DNA from: Melittangium boletus DSM 14713
GTDB taxonomy: Bacteria; Myxococcota; Myxococcia; Myxococcales; Myxococcaceae
Assembly: GCF_002305855.1 (NCBI RefSeq)
Contig: NZ_CP022163.1
Span: 6,875,765 to 6,939,764, forward strand
DNA: 64,000 bases
Direction of reading: 5' to 3'
A program made the translations under genes and the position numbers. Shown here piece after piece: positions 17,815 through 27,616 of this stretch; the first letter of the stretch is position 1, and each line of letters opens with the position of its first letter. The notes under the pieces were generated by a model. It had not been told where the DNA came from. It did not search any database and saw nothing but the letters and a program-made list of their open reading frames with translations.

Positions 17815-19020
17815 TCAGAACATGTGGCCGAAGTTGAGGTAGACGCGGTGGCGCAGCGTCTCGGGGGACATGGCCCAGTCGAAGCGCACCACGGCCGCGC
17901 GCCGGGCCACCCGCAGGCCCGCGCCCACGCCGGGGTGCCACTTCCACCACGGGCCGTCCACCGTGTCCGGGTGCCACACGCGCCCCACGTCCACGAAGCC
18001 CACTCCGCCCGCGTACACCGGCGCGCCGAACAGGTTGAAGCTGAACGCCCGCACGCGCACCTCCGTGTTGGAGAACGCCTTGATGTTGCCCGCGAAGCGG
18101 TTGCGCTCGATGCCGCGCACACTGCTCATGCCACCGATGCCCTCGGTGAACGTGACGCCGCCGGTGTTCACCCACTCGAAGAAGGGCACCTCGCCAAACA
18201 GCGCGTCCAGCGTCAGCCGCTGGGCGAGCACCACGCGGGAGCCCAACTGCCAGAAGCGCCGCTCGCTCAACGTCACGCCTCCGTACTGGTAGCGGCTGCC
18301 CGTGGCGCTCCCCGACACGCGCAGGCTCAACTCCTCCACGCCGCCGCGCACGGGGTCCGACTCGTTGTCGCGTGTGTCCCAGAGCACGCCCGCGGTGAGC
18401 TGTCCCGTGGCCCCGCCCTCGTAGCCCACGGGCTTGAGATCCTGCAGCACCGAGGCGTCGAACGGAGACACCTGCGTGTAGCGCCACCCGTAGCCCACGT
18501 AGGATTGGAAGGGGTGGTTGTCACCCCAGGGCCGTCCCCGGAGGCGGAACCAGGCACCGGGTGAGCCCTTGGTGTAGTTGAAGCGCTCCTGGTTCTCGTT
18601 GCCGTGGAAGTCCTGCGCGGACACGTTGCCCGCTCCGTAGAAGGGACTGCGCAGCTCGCGCCGGTACTCCAGGCGCATCTCCAGGCGAAGCGGTCCGATG
18701 AGCCGCGGTCCGTCGTAGCGCAGGTAGTGGTTCTGCTGGCCCCGGCTGGTGAACAGCGTCTGGATGGCGATGGCGTGCCGGTAGGGCGCGTGGCCGGGGG
18801 CGTACAAATAGGCGCCCGCCACGCCGCCATAGGTGAAGCCCAGGTCCGAGTTGTAGCTCACGAGGGGCAGCACGATGGCGTCGACCCCGTGCTCCTTGGC
18901 CTTGGGCGCGGGCGCCACTGGTGCGGCGAGCGGGGCGGGCATTTCCAGCGAAGGAGCGGGGGCCGTGGCCAGCGTCGTGAGCAGCAGCGCGGTCGTGAGC
19001 ATCGGGCGACAAGGTGCCAT
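17815..19020 (-). CDS. outer-membrane beta-barrel protein
   Basis: Signal peptide MAPCRPMLTTALLLTTLATAPAPS, alternating aromatic beta-strand pattern, and a C-terminal ...NFGHMF ending in Phe. The longer upstream in-frame extension is rejected as a GC artefact. Confidence 0.6.
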   Translation of the reverse strand: MAPCRPMLTTALLLTTLATAPAPSLEMPAPLAAPVAPAPKAKEHGVDAIVLPLVSYNSDLGFTYGGVAGAYLYAPGHAPYRHAIAIQTLFTSRGQQNHYLRYDGPRLIGPLRLEMRLEYRRELRSPFYGAGNVSAQDFHGNENQERFNYTKGSPGAWFRLRGRPWGDNHPFQSYVGYGWRYTQVSPFDASVLQDLKPVGYEGGATGQLTAGVLWDTRDNESDPVRGGVEELSLRVSGSATGSRYQYGGVTLSERRFWQLGSRVVLAQRLTLDALFGEVPFFEWVNTGGVTFTEGIGGMSSVRGIERNRFAGNIKAFSNTEVRVRAFSFNLFGAPVYAGGVGFVDVGRVWHPDTVDGPWWKWHPGVGAGLRVARRAAVVRFDWAMSPETLRHRVYLNFGHMF

Positions 19021-19161
19021 GCCCCATGCGCCCTGCACTATCGGCCCGTGGCGGGCTCCGCCTCCCTGGCTACTCTCCGACGGAGCCATCGTCATTTCCT
19101 CGACTGCCCGGCTGGTGCCTTCCTCCATGTGCATCTTCTCCGGGGGCCAAGGGGAGGAGAC

Positions 19162-20775
19162 ATGGTGAACGAGGTGATCAACCCGCAGCTGCAGACATGG
19201 GCCCGGCGCTACGTGCGCCAGGTGGAGTCCCAGGTGCGTCCGCTGTCGGCTTCCCGACGGCGCAAGCTGCTCCTCGTTCATCTGGACGGCGTTCCCAAGG
19301 CCGCGTTGGAAGAGGGGCTGCGCTCCGGGCAGATGCCCTTTCTCGGGGGACTGGTGGGCTCGGGTGCCTATGCCCTGGATGAGGCCTTCTGGGGCTCGCC
19401 CGCCTCCACTCCCGCCTTTCAGGGCGGGTTTCTCTATGGCCACCGCCATCCCAATCTGCCCGCCTATAGCTGGTTCGATCGGGAACTGGGCCGCAAGGTG
19501 CAGATGAACACCCCGGCGGACGCGCTCGCCATCGAGACGCGGCTGGGACACCGCCCCGGCACGAGCCTGCTGTCCGAGGGAGGGCACACCTACTTCTCGC
19601 TCTTCCAGGCCCAGGCCAACAACCGCCTGTGCATGAGCACCGTGGCCAGCTTCAAGACGATGGTGCGCGGCTTCAGGTACGAGATGGAGGGCGTGGTCGC
19701 GGGCCGGACGCGGGGGCCGCTCTCGTATCTGCGCTCACTTGGCCGGGATGCCTGGAATGCCTTCACCGAGGTCCATCGCTGGGCCCGGATTCAGCGGGAC
19801 TGGCGCCACGAGCACGCCTATTTGATGAGCCGTGTCTTCCTCCAGCGGCTCGGTTGGAGCTTCGCCCACACCAAGGCCCTGGTGGACATGGTGCGTGGCG
19901 TGCCCATCGTCTACCTCGTCTACGGCAATTACGACGAGGTGGCCCACCGCCGGGGGCCTCGCTCGGAGCAGGCGCTCGCGGAGTTGCGGCGCGTGGATGC
20001 CTATCTGGCCGAGCTCCATGCGGTGGCCCACGCGGTCCAGCCTGGCTACGACGTCATCTTCCTGTCGGATCATGGCCACGTGGACAGTGACGCCATCGAG
20101 AAGCGCACCGGCCAGCGGCTGGAGAAGCTTCTCTTGGAGGGCGAGTCCCCGCCTTTGTCCGAGGATGTGCGGCGCGGGCTGCTCGATGGACGCGTCCTCC
20201 CGGAGCGGGGGAGGGAGCCGCATGTGCCGTTGAATCCCGTGGTGGTGGAGTCCGGCAATTTCTCCCACGTCTACCTGACGCGCGAGCGCCAGCCGCTCGA
20301 GGCCGCGCAGCTGGTGGAGCGCTTCCCGGAAGTGCTCGCCCGGGCCACGCGCCACCCGGACATTGGCATCGTGGTGGTGCGTCAGCGGGACTCGGCGGTG
20401 GCCATCATCGGGGGGCAGGTGTACGGGTCGGAGGACATCATCAGCGCGCCCCTGCCCGTGGAGTTCTCCCGCCGCGCGGTGGCGGACTACCTGCGTGAAT
20501 TGCCGCACATGCCCACCGCGGGCGACCTGGTGCTCTTCGGCCAGGCGGTACCCCAGGGCGGCACGGTGGGCTTCGCCTGGGAGTTCGGCTCGCACGGGGG
20601 ACTCACGCGCACGGAGACGGCCAGCCTCGTGTGCTGGCCCCAGTCGCTCCCGGTGGACCTGTCCGCCCTGGGCCACTGCACCCAGCTGTACGAGCGGCTG
20701 TCGAGCATCTACCGGGATGGGGCACGGCCTCGGGTGGAGGTGGCCCCCACCGGCTGGAGGGAGGCTTCCCTATGA
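19162..20775 (+). CDS. alkaline phosphatase superfamily protein (NPP/PglZ-like metalloenzyme)
   Basis: N-terminal LLVHLDGVP and FLSDHGHVDSD motifs, matching the metal-ligand Asp and the SDHGH signature. Strong RBS GGGGAGGAG. Confidence 0.7.
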   Translation: MVNEVINPQLQTWARRYVRQVESQVRPLSASRRRKLLLVHLDGVPKAALEEGLRSGQMPFLGGLVGSGAYALDEAFWGSPASTPAFQGGFLYGHRHPNLPAYSWFDRELGRKVQMNTPADALAIETRLGHRPGTSLLSEGGHTYFSLFQAQANNRLCMSTVASFKTMVRGFRYEMEGVVAGRTRGPLSYLRSLGRDAWNAFTEVHRWARIQRDWRHEHAYLMSRVFLQRLGWSFAHTKALVDMVRGVPIVYLVYGNYDEVAHRRGPRSEQALAELRRVDAYLAELHAVAHAVQPGYDVIFLSDHGHVDSDAIEKRTGQRLEKLLLEGESPPLSEDVRRGLLDGRVLPERGREPHVPLNPVVVESGNFSHVYLTRERQPLEAAQLVERFPEVLARATRHPDIGIVVVRQRDSAVAIIGGQVYGSEDIISAPLPVEFSRRAVADYLRELPHMPTAGDLVLFGQAVPQGGTVGFAWEFGSHGGLTRTETASLVCWPQSLPVDLSALGHCTQLYERLSSIYRDGARPRVEVAPTGWREASL

Positions 20776-21854
20776 AGCGGGTGGGTGGACGTACATACCT
20801 CAAGGTGTTGATGGTCCTGGTGGGGGTGGTGCTGACGGTCATCCTCGTCGCGAGCGCCTTCTTCACCTGGAACCCGGGAGGGCCTGGGCCCCTGCTCCTG
20901 CCGCGCTTCTCCTGGGCGCGCTTCTTCGAGGATCTGCCCGCGCACCTGCGCTGGCTCATCCCGTTCCTGCTGCTGTCCGCGGCCATCCTCCCCCTGAGGG
21001 CGGTGCAGTGGCAGACGACGCTGAGCAAGCCCGTTCCCCTGCGGGAGCGCTACCACCTGGTGGCCATTGGCGCCTTCACCCACAACGCGCTGCCCGGCAA
21101 GCTGGGGGATTTCATCCGCTGCTTCCTGCTGTCGCGCACCCAGCGCATTCCCTTCCTGCAGGCCCTGGGCTCGGTGGCGGTGTGCAAGCTGCTGGAGTTC
21201 GCGGCGCTCATGGGCCTGGTGTTCGTGTCCTTCCTGGGGCCCTTCGGGAAGACGATGGCCAGCTTCGCCGGGCCGCTGCGCATCGCCCTGGGCGTCTGCG
21301 TGGGCCTGATGGTGCTGGTGGTGTTGCTGGCGCACTACGCGCTGCCGCTCGCCCGCTGGCTGGAGCGCAAGCACCGGCTGCCGCGCGTGCGTCACCTGCT
21401 GGGCCATGTGTCCGAGGGCCTGGGGACGGCGCGCAGCTTCAAGGGCATGGCCCGGGCGCTGCTCTTCTCCGTGGGGCCCGTCCTGGCGCCCGCGCTGGGC
21501 TATGGACTGGCGCTGCACGGCATTGGCGTCCCGGGAGGCCTGTTCGCGGGTGCCGTCGTCCTGGGGGCCATCGCGCTCGGGCAGGCCTTGCCCGGAGTCC
21601 CCGCGGGTATGGGCATCTACTACTTCGTCACCAGCTGGGCGGCGCGCTCGCTGGGGGCCTCGGCCGAGGACGCGGCGGCGTTCGCGACGCTCACCCACCT
21701 GGCGACGATGCTCAGTCAGGTGTCCCTGGGCGCCTTGTCCGTCCGCCTGCGGGGCATCCGGATCCGCGACTTGCGCAAGGGCGGCAGCCTGGCCCGCGAC
21801 GCGGCGGGGCACATGGCCCACGAGTCGGTGAGCCCTCACCACAGCCCGGCGTGA
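20772..21854 (+). CDS. lysylphosphatidylglycerol-synthase-TM-like (flippase-like, UPF0104) integral membrane protein
   Basis: Eight to ten predicted TM helices and GKLGDFIRCFLL-type family motifs. The ATG overlaps the upstream stop (ATGA). Confidence 0.6.
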   Translation: MKRVGGRTYLKVLMVLVGVVLTVILVASAFFTWNPGGPGPLLLPRFSWARFFEDLPAHLRWLIPFLLLSAAILPLRAVQWQTTLSKPVPLRERYHLVAIGAFTHNALPGKLGDFIRCFLLSRTQRIPFLQALGSVAVCKLLEFAALMGLVFVSFLGPFGKTMASFAGPLRIALGVCVGLMVLVVLLAHYALPLARWLERKHRLPRVRHLLGHVSEGLGTARSFKGMARALLFSVGPVLAPALGYGLALHGIGVPGGLFAGAVVLGAIALGQALPGVPAGMGIYYFVTSWAARSLGASAEDAAAFATLTHLATMLSQVSLGALSVRLRGIRIRDLRKGGSLARDAAGHMAHESVSPHHSPA

Positions 21855-21876
21855 CCGGAGGAGCCGGAAAAGAAAA

Positions 21877-21900
21877 AGGCCCCCGCTTTTCAGCGGGGGC
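21877..21900. terminator. bidirectional rho-independent terminator (GGCCCCCGC TTTTC AGCGGGGGCC)
   Basis: GC hairpin followed by a T-tract on both strands. It lies after the 3' end of the tRNA-Leu (- strand) and after the stop of 20772-21854 (+ strand). Confidence 0.65.
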
Positions 21901-21909
21901 CTTTCTCAG

Positions 21910-21993
21910 TGCCCAGGAGAGGACTCGAACCTCCATGCCCTTGCAGGCGCTAGACCCTGAATCTAGTGTGTCTACCAATTCCACCACCTGGGC
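21910..21993 (-). tRNA. tRNA-Leu (anticodon CAG), 84 nt, long variable arm, CCA not encoded
   Basis: Reverse complement GCCCAGGUGGUGGAAUUGGUAGACACACUAGAUUCAGGGUCUAGCGCCUGCAAGGGCAUGGAGGUUCGAGUCCUCUCCUGGGCA aligns almost position for position with E. coli tRNA-Leu(CAG). Confidence 0.9.
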
Positions 21994-22051
21994 GGGTGGC
22001 GCTGCCTTCTTGCTGCGGCGTCTCGGCGGTGCGTTGCGTCGACGGGGGCGG

Positions 22052-22080
22052 TGTATAGATGCCTGAACCGTCCCCGTCAA
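22052..22080 (-). promoter_or_regulatory. candidate sigma70 promoter for tRNA-Leu (TTGACG-17-TATACA, minus strand)
   Basis: -35 and -10 hexamers about 50 nt upstream of the tRNA 5' end. Confidence 0.4.
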
Positions 22081-22094
22081 GCAGTTGTTTCAAC

Positions 22095-22472
22095 CTACTT
22101 CTTCACGGGCCATTTTCCCTCGGACATGAGCTGCCGGCGCACGGCGGGATTCTCGTCCAGCCAAGCCGTGAGGGACTCCTCGGTGATCTCCGCGAGCACC
22201 TCCTCCGTGCCGACCTCCGTCTGGCAGGACAGGCGGGAGTAGGGGCGGACGTCGAAGCCCATGTCCAGCCGGTCCACCTCGTCGTCCCGTTGCTCGGAGA
22301 GCGACTGGAGGCCCTTGCGGATCCAGATGTGACAGGTGGAGCAGCCGCAGACCCCTCCACAGGAATGGCCGACCTTGGCGCCGGCCTTCTCGGCGGCGTC
22401 CAGGAGGGTGGTGCCCGGGGACACCTCCACCGAGACGTCCTCCAGGGGGCTCTTGAAGTGGACCTTGGGCAC
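22095..22472 (-). CDS. fdx: ISC-system [2Fe-2S] ferredoxin
   Basis: CGGVCGCSTCH ... C cluster-ligand pattern, 125 aa, last gene of the isc operon. Confidence 0.85.
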   Translation of the reverse strand: MPKVHFKSPLEDVSVEVSPGTTLLDAAEKAGAKVGHSCGGVCGCSTCHIWIRKGLQSLSEQRDDEVDRLDMGFDVRPYSRLSCQTEVGTEEVLAEITEESLTAWLDENPAVRRQLMSEGKWPVKK

Positions 22473-22473
22473 G

Positions 22474-24314
<1,841 letters not shown>

Positions 24315-24318
<4 letters not shown>

Positions 24319-24944
24319 GCCAGCATCTCCTCCTCGAACGCGTCCACCTGCTCGAGGAAGCGCGTGAAGTAGCGCACCCGACCCAGGGCGTGCGACGCCT
24401 TTTTCACCAGGGACTCGTCCAAAGGCCCCTTCTCCAGGGTGCGCAGGGCCTCCACCGCCTCCTGGAGCGCTCCCGAGCGCCGCGCCCCCACGTCCTGGGC
24501 CATCTTCTGGATGCGTCCGGTGTCCCGGGCCTCCATGGCCTCGTCGAGCGCCTCGCGCAGCTCCATCACCTCCTCGAGGAACTCGAGGGGCATGTTCTTC
24601 TGGGCGCCCGAGTCCTCGCGGTCCAGGTCCACGCCGTGCAGCGACAGCAGGTAGAAGGCGCGCCGGGTGGCGTCCTTGAGCGTCTTGTAGGCCTCGTTGA
24701 GCGCCGTGGTCTGCTCGAGCGACAGCCGGCGCTCGCGTGCCTCCGCCTGGGCGAAGCGGTCCGGGTGCAGCTTCAACGACAGCTCCCGGTATTGCCGCTC
24801 CAGGGCGTCCAGCTGCACGTCATGGCTCGGGGGCAGGCCGAAGACGGCGAAGTGGGTGGTGCCCGCGAGCCGGCCCGCGATCTTCCCGCAGGCCCCACAG
24901 AAGGGGCGGCCCTCCGACTCCTTGTCACAGTTCCAGCACTTCAC
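24315..24944 (-). CDS. hscB: co-chaperone HscB with an N-terminal Cys4 zinc-finger extension
   Basis: J-domain HPD motif (LKLHPDRF). N-terminal CWNC...CGAC. Four-nt overlap with hscA. Confidence 0.85.
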
Positions 24945-24960
24945 GGATGCGTCCCTCTCG

Positions 24961-25002
24961 ACGGACGAAACAACAAGGGCCCGGCGTGTCGCGGCCGGGC
25001 CC
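24961..25002 (-). terminator. intra-operon hairpin (GGGCCCGGC/GCCGGGCCC) followed by a U-rich tract on the minus strand, between iscA and hscB
   Basis: 9-bp GC stem and a TTGTTGTTTCG tail on the transcribed strand. Likely a partial terminator or processing site. Confidence 0.35.
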
Positions 25003-25032
25003 CGGAATGGGAATGCGCCGTAGCGCCAGCGC

Positions 25033-25428
25033 TCAGACGGAGAAGCTCTCGCCGCAGCCGCACGCGCCCTTCACGTTGGGATTGTTCAGCTTGAACCCGC
25101 TGGCCATCAGCGTGGACTCGTACACGATCTCCGTGCCGAGCAGGTACAGGTAGCTCTTTGGATCCACGAAGACCCGCACGCCCTCGCGCTCGAAGATCTT
25201 GTCCTTCTCGCGCGGCTTCTCCGCCCACTCCATCACGTACGCGAGCCCCGAACACCCGCCGCCCCGCACCGCGATGCGCAGGCCCGCGTCGGGCGTCTGC
25301 CGCTCGGCCAGCAGCTTGTGCAGCTGCGCCACCGCGCTGTCATGCAGCGTGATGCCCCTCGCCGGCTTGGCGGCCGGGGTGGCAGGCGCCGTCTTCTGGA
25401 CCGTCTGCTCTGTCGCCTGCTCGTTCAT
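25033..25428 (-). CDS. iscA: Fe-S cluster insertion protein IscA (HesB family)
   Basis: C-terminal GCGCGESF motif. The start is set at the Met of MNEQATEQ; the long upstream in-frame extension is a GC artefact. Confidence 0.85.
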   Translation of the reverse strand: MNEQATEQTVQKTAPATPAAKPARGITLHDSAVAQLHKLLAERQTPDAGLRIAVRGGGCSGLAYVMEWAEKPREKDKIFEREGVRVFVDPKSYLYLLGTEIVYESTLMASGFKLNNPNVKGACGCGESFSV

Positions 25429-25460
25429 CACGTGCCTCCTCGCGTCGCCCTGGACGGACG

Positions 25461-25859
25461 TCAGACCGCCTCGCGGCGCGCCTGGCGCTTCTTCTTGAAG
25501 TCGTCGATGGCCGCCTTGATGGCGTCCTCGGCCAACACGGAACAGTGGATCTTCACCGGCGGCAGCGCCAGCTCGCGCGCCACATCCTTGTTGGAGATGG
25601 TCAGCGCCTCGTCCACCGTCTTGCCCTTCACCCACTCGCTCACCAGGGAGCTGGACGCGATGGCCGAGCCGCACCCGAACGTCTTGAAGCGCGCGTCCTC
25701 GATGATGCCCTCGTCGGTGATCTTCAGCTGCAGGCGCATCACGTCGCCGCACGCGGGCGCGCCCACCAGGCCGGTGCCCACGTTGGGGTCCGACTTGTCG
25801 AGCGAGCCGACGTTGCGGGGGTTCTCGTAGTGGTCGATGACTTTGTCGCTATAGGCCAT
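25461..25859 (-). CDS. iscU: Fe-S cluster scaffold IscU
   Basis: GAPACGDVM, KTFGCGSAIASSS and LPPVKIHCS motifs. Confidence 0.9.
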   Translation of the reverse strand: MAYSDKVIDHYENPRNVGSLDKSDPNVGTGLVGAPACGDVMRLQLKITDEGIIEDARFKTFGCGSAIASSSLVSEWVKGKTVDEALTISNKDVARELALPPVKIHCSVLAEDAIKAAIDDFKKKRQARREAV

Positions 25860-25896
25860 GGGGGACTCCGTAAGGGTGTGAAGGGGGTGGGGAGGA

Positions 25897-27261
25897 CTAG
25901 TGCGCCGTCCACTCGATGCTCTTGAGGTCGATGCCTTCCTTGGCCATCTCGTACAGCGGGCTCATCTCGCGCAGACGGTTCACCTTGTCCACCATGAGCT
26001 GGATGACGAAGTCGACCTCTTCCTCGGTGTTGAAGCGGCCCAGGCCGAAGCGGATGGAGCTGTGCGCCATCTCCTCGTCCACACCACAGGCGCGCAGCAC
26101 ATAGGAGGGCTCGAGCGAGGCGGACGTGCACGCCGAACCCGAGGACACCGCGACGTCCTTGATGGCCATCATCAGCGCCTCGCCCTCCACATAGGCGAAG
26201 GAGATGTTCAGGTTGCCCGGCAGCCGGTGCTCCTGCGAGCCGTTCACCGTGATGAGATCCAGCTTCTCGGCGATGCCCTTGCGCAGCCGCTCGCGCAGGC
26301 GCGACAGGCGCACGGCCTCCTCCGCCATCTCCTCGCGGGCGATCCTCGCCGCCTCGCCGAAGCCCACGATGGACGCCACGTTGAGCGTGCCCGAGCGCAT
26401 GCCGCGCTCATGGCCGCCGCCATCGATGAGCGGCGCGATGCGCACGCGCGGCTTGCGGCGCACGTACAGCGCGCCCACGCCCTTGGGGCCATACATCTTG
26501 TGCGCGGAGATGGACGCCAGGTCCACGTTCATCTCCTCGACGTGGAAGGGCACCTTGCCAATGCCCTGCACCGCGTCGCAGTGCAGCAGGATGCCGCGCT
26601 GGCGGCACAGGCGGCCAATCTCCGCGATGGGCTGCACGGTGCCGATCTCGTTGTTGGCGAGCATGATGGACACCAGGAGGGTCTTGTCCGTCATGGCCGC
26701 CTCGAGCTTCTTGAGGTCGACCCGGCCATCCTTCTCCACGTCCAGGTACGTCACGCGCGCGCCACCCGTGGGCAGCGCCGCCCACTGCTGGTAGGCCGCG
26801 TCGTTGTCCAGGTCGTGCTTGATGGCGAGCGTGGCCAGGTCCTCGCGGGACACCGGGCCTCCCGTGAGCTGCATGAGGCGCAGCGTCTTGAGCTCGTCCA
26901 GCCGCTCCTGACGCACGCGCTCCAGGCGCTTGCACGTGTCGAGCACCGCCTTGTGCTCCGTCTTCAGGGTGATGATGTGGTCGCCCTTGTCCTTGTAGAA
27001 CTCGACCACGCCCTTGATGGCCAGGTTGTCCGACTCGGTGGCGCCCGAGGTGAAGACAATCTCCTTGTCCGACGCGCCGATGAGCGCCGCCACCTGCTTG
27101 CGCGCCTGCTCCACCGCCGCCTCGGCCTTCCAACCGAACGCGTGATTGCGCGACGCGGCATTGCCGAAGTCCTCGCGCAGATAGGGCAGCATGGCCTCCA
27201 ACACACGCGGATCCAGCGGCGTGGTGGCGTGGTTGTCCATGTAGATGGGCAGCTTCAGCAT
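25897..27261 (-). CDS. iscS: cysteine desulfurase IscS (carries an insertion of about 50 aa)
   Basis: Alignment from memory to E. coli IscS along the whole length: [12 protein letters not shown] (PLP lysine) and [19 protein letters not shown] (active-site Cys loop). The start is set at the Met of MLKLPIYMD. Confidence 0.9.
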   Translation of the reverse strand: MLKLPIYMDNHATTPLDPRVLEAMLPYLREDFGNAASRNHAFGWKAEAAVEQARKQVAALIGASDKEIVFTSGATESDNLAIKGVVEFYKDKGDHIITLKTEHKAVLDTCKRLERVRQERLDELKTLRLMQLTGGPVSREDLATLAIKHDLDNDAAYQQWAALPTGGARVTYLDVEKDGRVDLKKLEAAMTDKTLLVSIMLANNEIGTVQPIAEIGRLCRQRGILLHCDAVQGIGKVPFHVEEMNVDLASISAHKMYGPKGVGALYVRRKPRVRIAPLIDGGGHERGMRSGTLNVASIVGFGEAARIAREEMAEEAVRLSRLRERLRKGIAEKLDLITVNGSQEHRLPGNLNISFAYVEGEALMMAIKDVAVSSGSACTSASLEPSYVLRACGVDEEMAHSSIRFGLGRFNTEEEVDFVIQLMVDKVNRLREMSPLYEMAKEGIDLKSIEWTAH

Positions 27262-27373
27262 CTCGGTGAACCTTCCGGGCAGCCGTCGGTCTCGGACCTC
27301 GACGGGTGGGATAACCCCGCGACGTCCTTGGGCGTGCCTACATTGGCACACCTAATGTGGACTGGACTGGTCA

Positions 27374-27401
27374 ATTATAAAATCGACCCCCCCTCGGTCA
27401 A
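27374..27401 (-). promoter_or_regulatory. near-consensus sigma70 promoter of the isc operon (TTGACC-16-TATAAT, minus strand)
   Basis: Read from the sequence. It lies about 105 nt upstream of the iscS start in an AT-rich patch. No iscR gene is present. Confidence 0.5.
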
Positions 27402-27616
27402 GGCGACATGAGGGACGAGGGTCCTGCGCCGTCGTAACCGGCGAATCGGAGGGATTTAGTCCTCTTTCACCGCCGGTCCAGATTGGAGCGATCCAGGAGG
27501 GGACACCCCGTTCCAGGCTGGAGCACCCCTTGCCCCCAAGTGGTCGATTTCAGGGCGCTCCAGCATTGGCCACGGGCCTGCAATCCGCGAAGTCCAGGAC
27601 TTCTGGAGGGACGCGG

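Noticed and set aside
18604-19161. N-terminal extension of the AlkP-like gene ORF (723 aa from 18604)
   Set aside because: The extension is antisense to the OMP gene. A strong RBS (GGGGAGGAG) precedes the Met at 19162.
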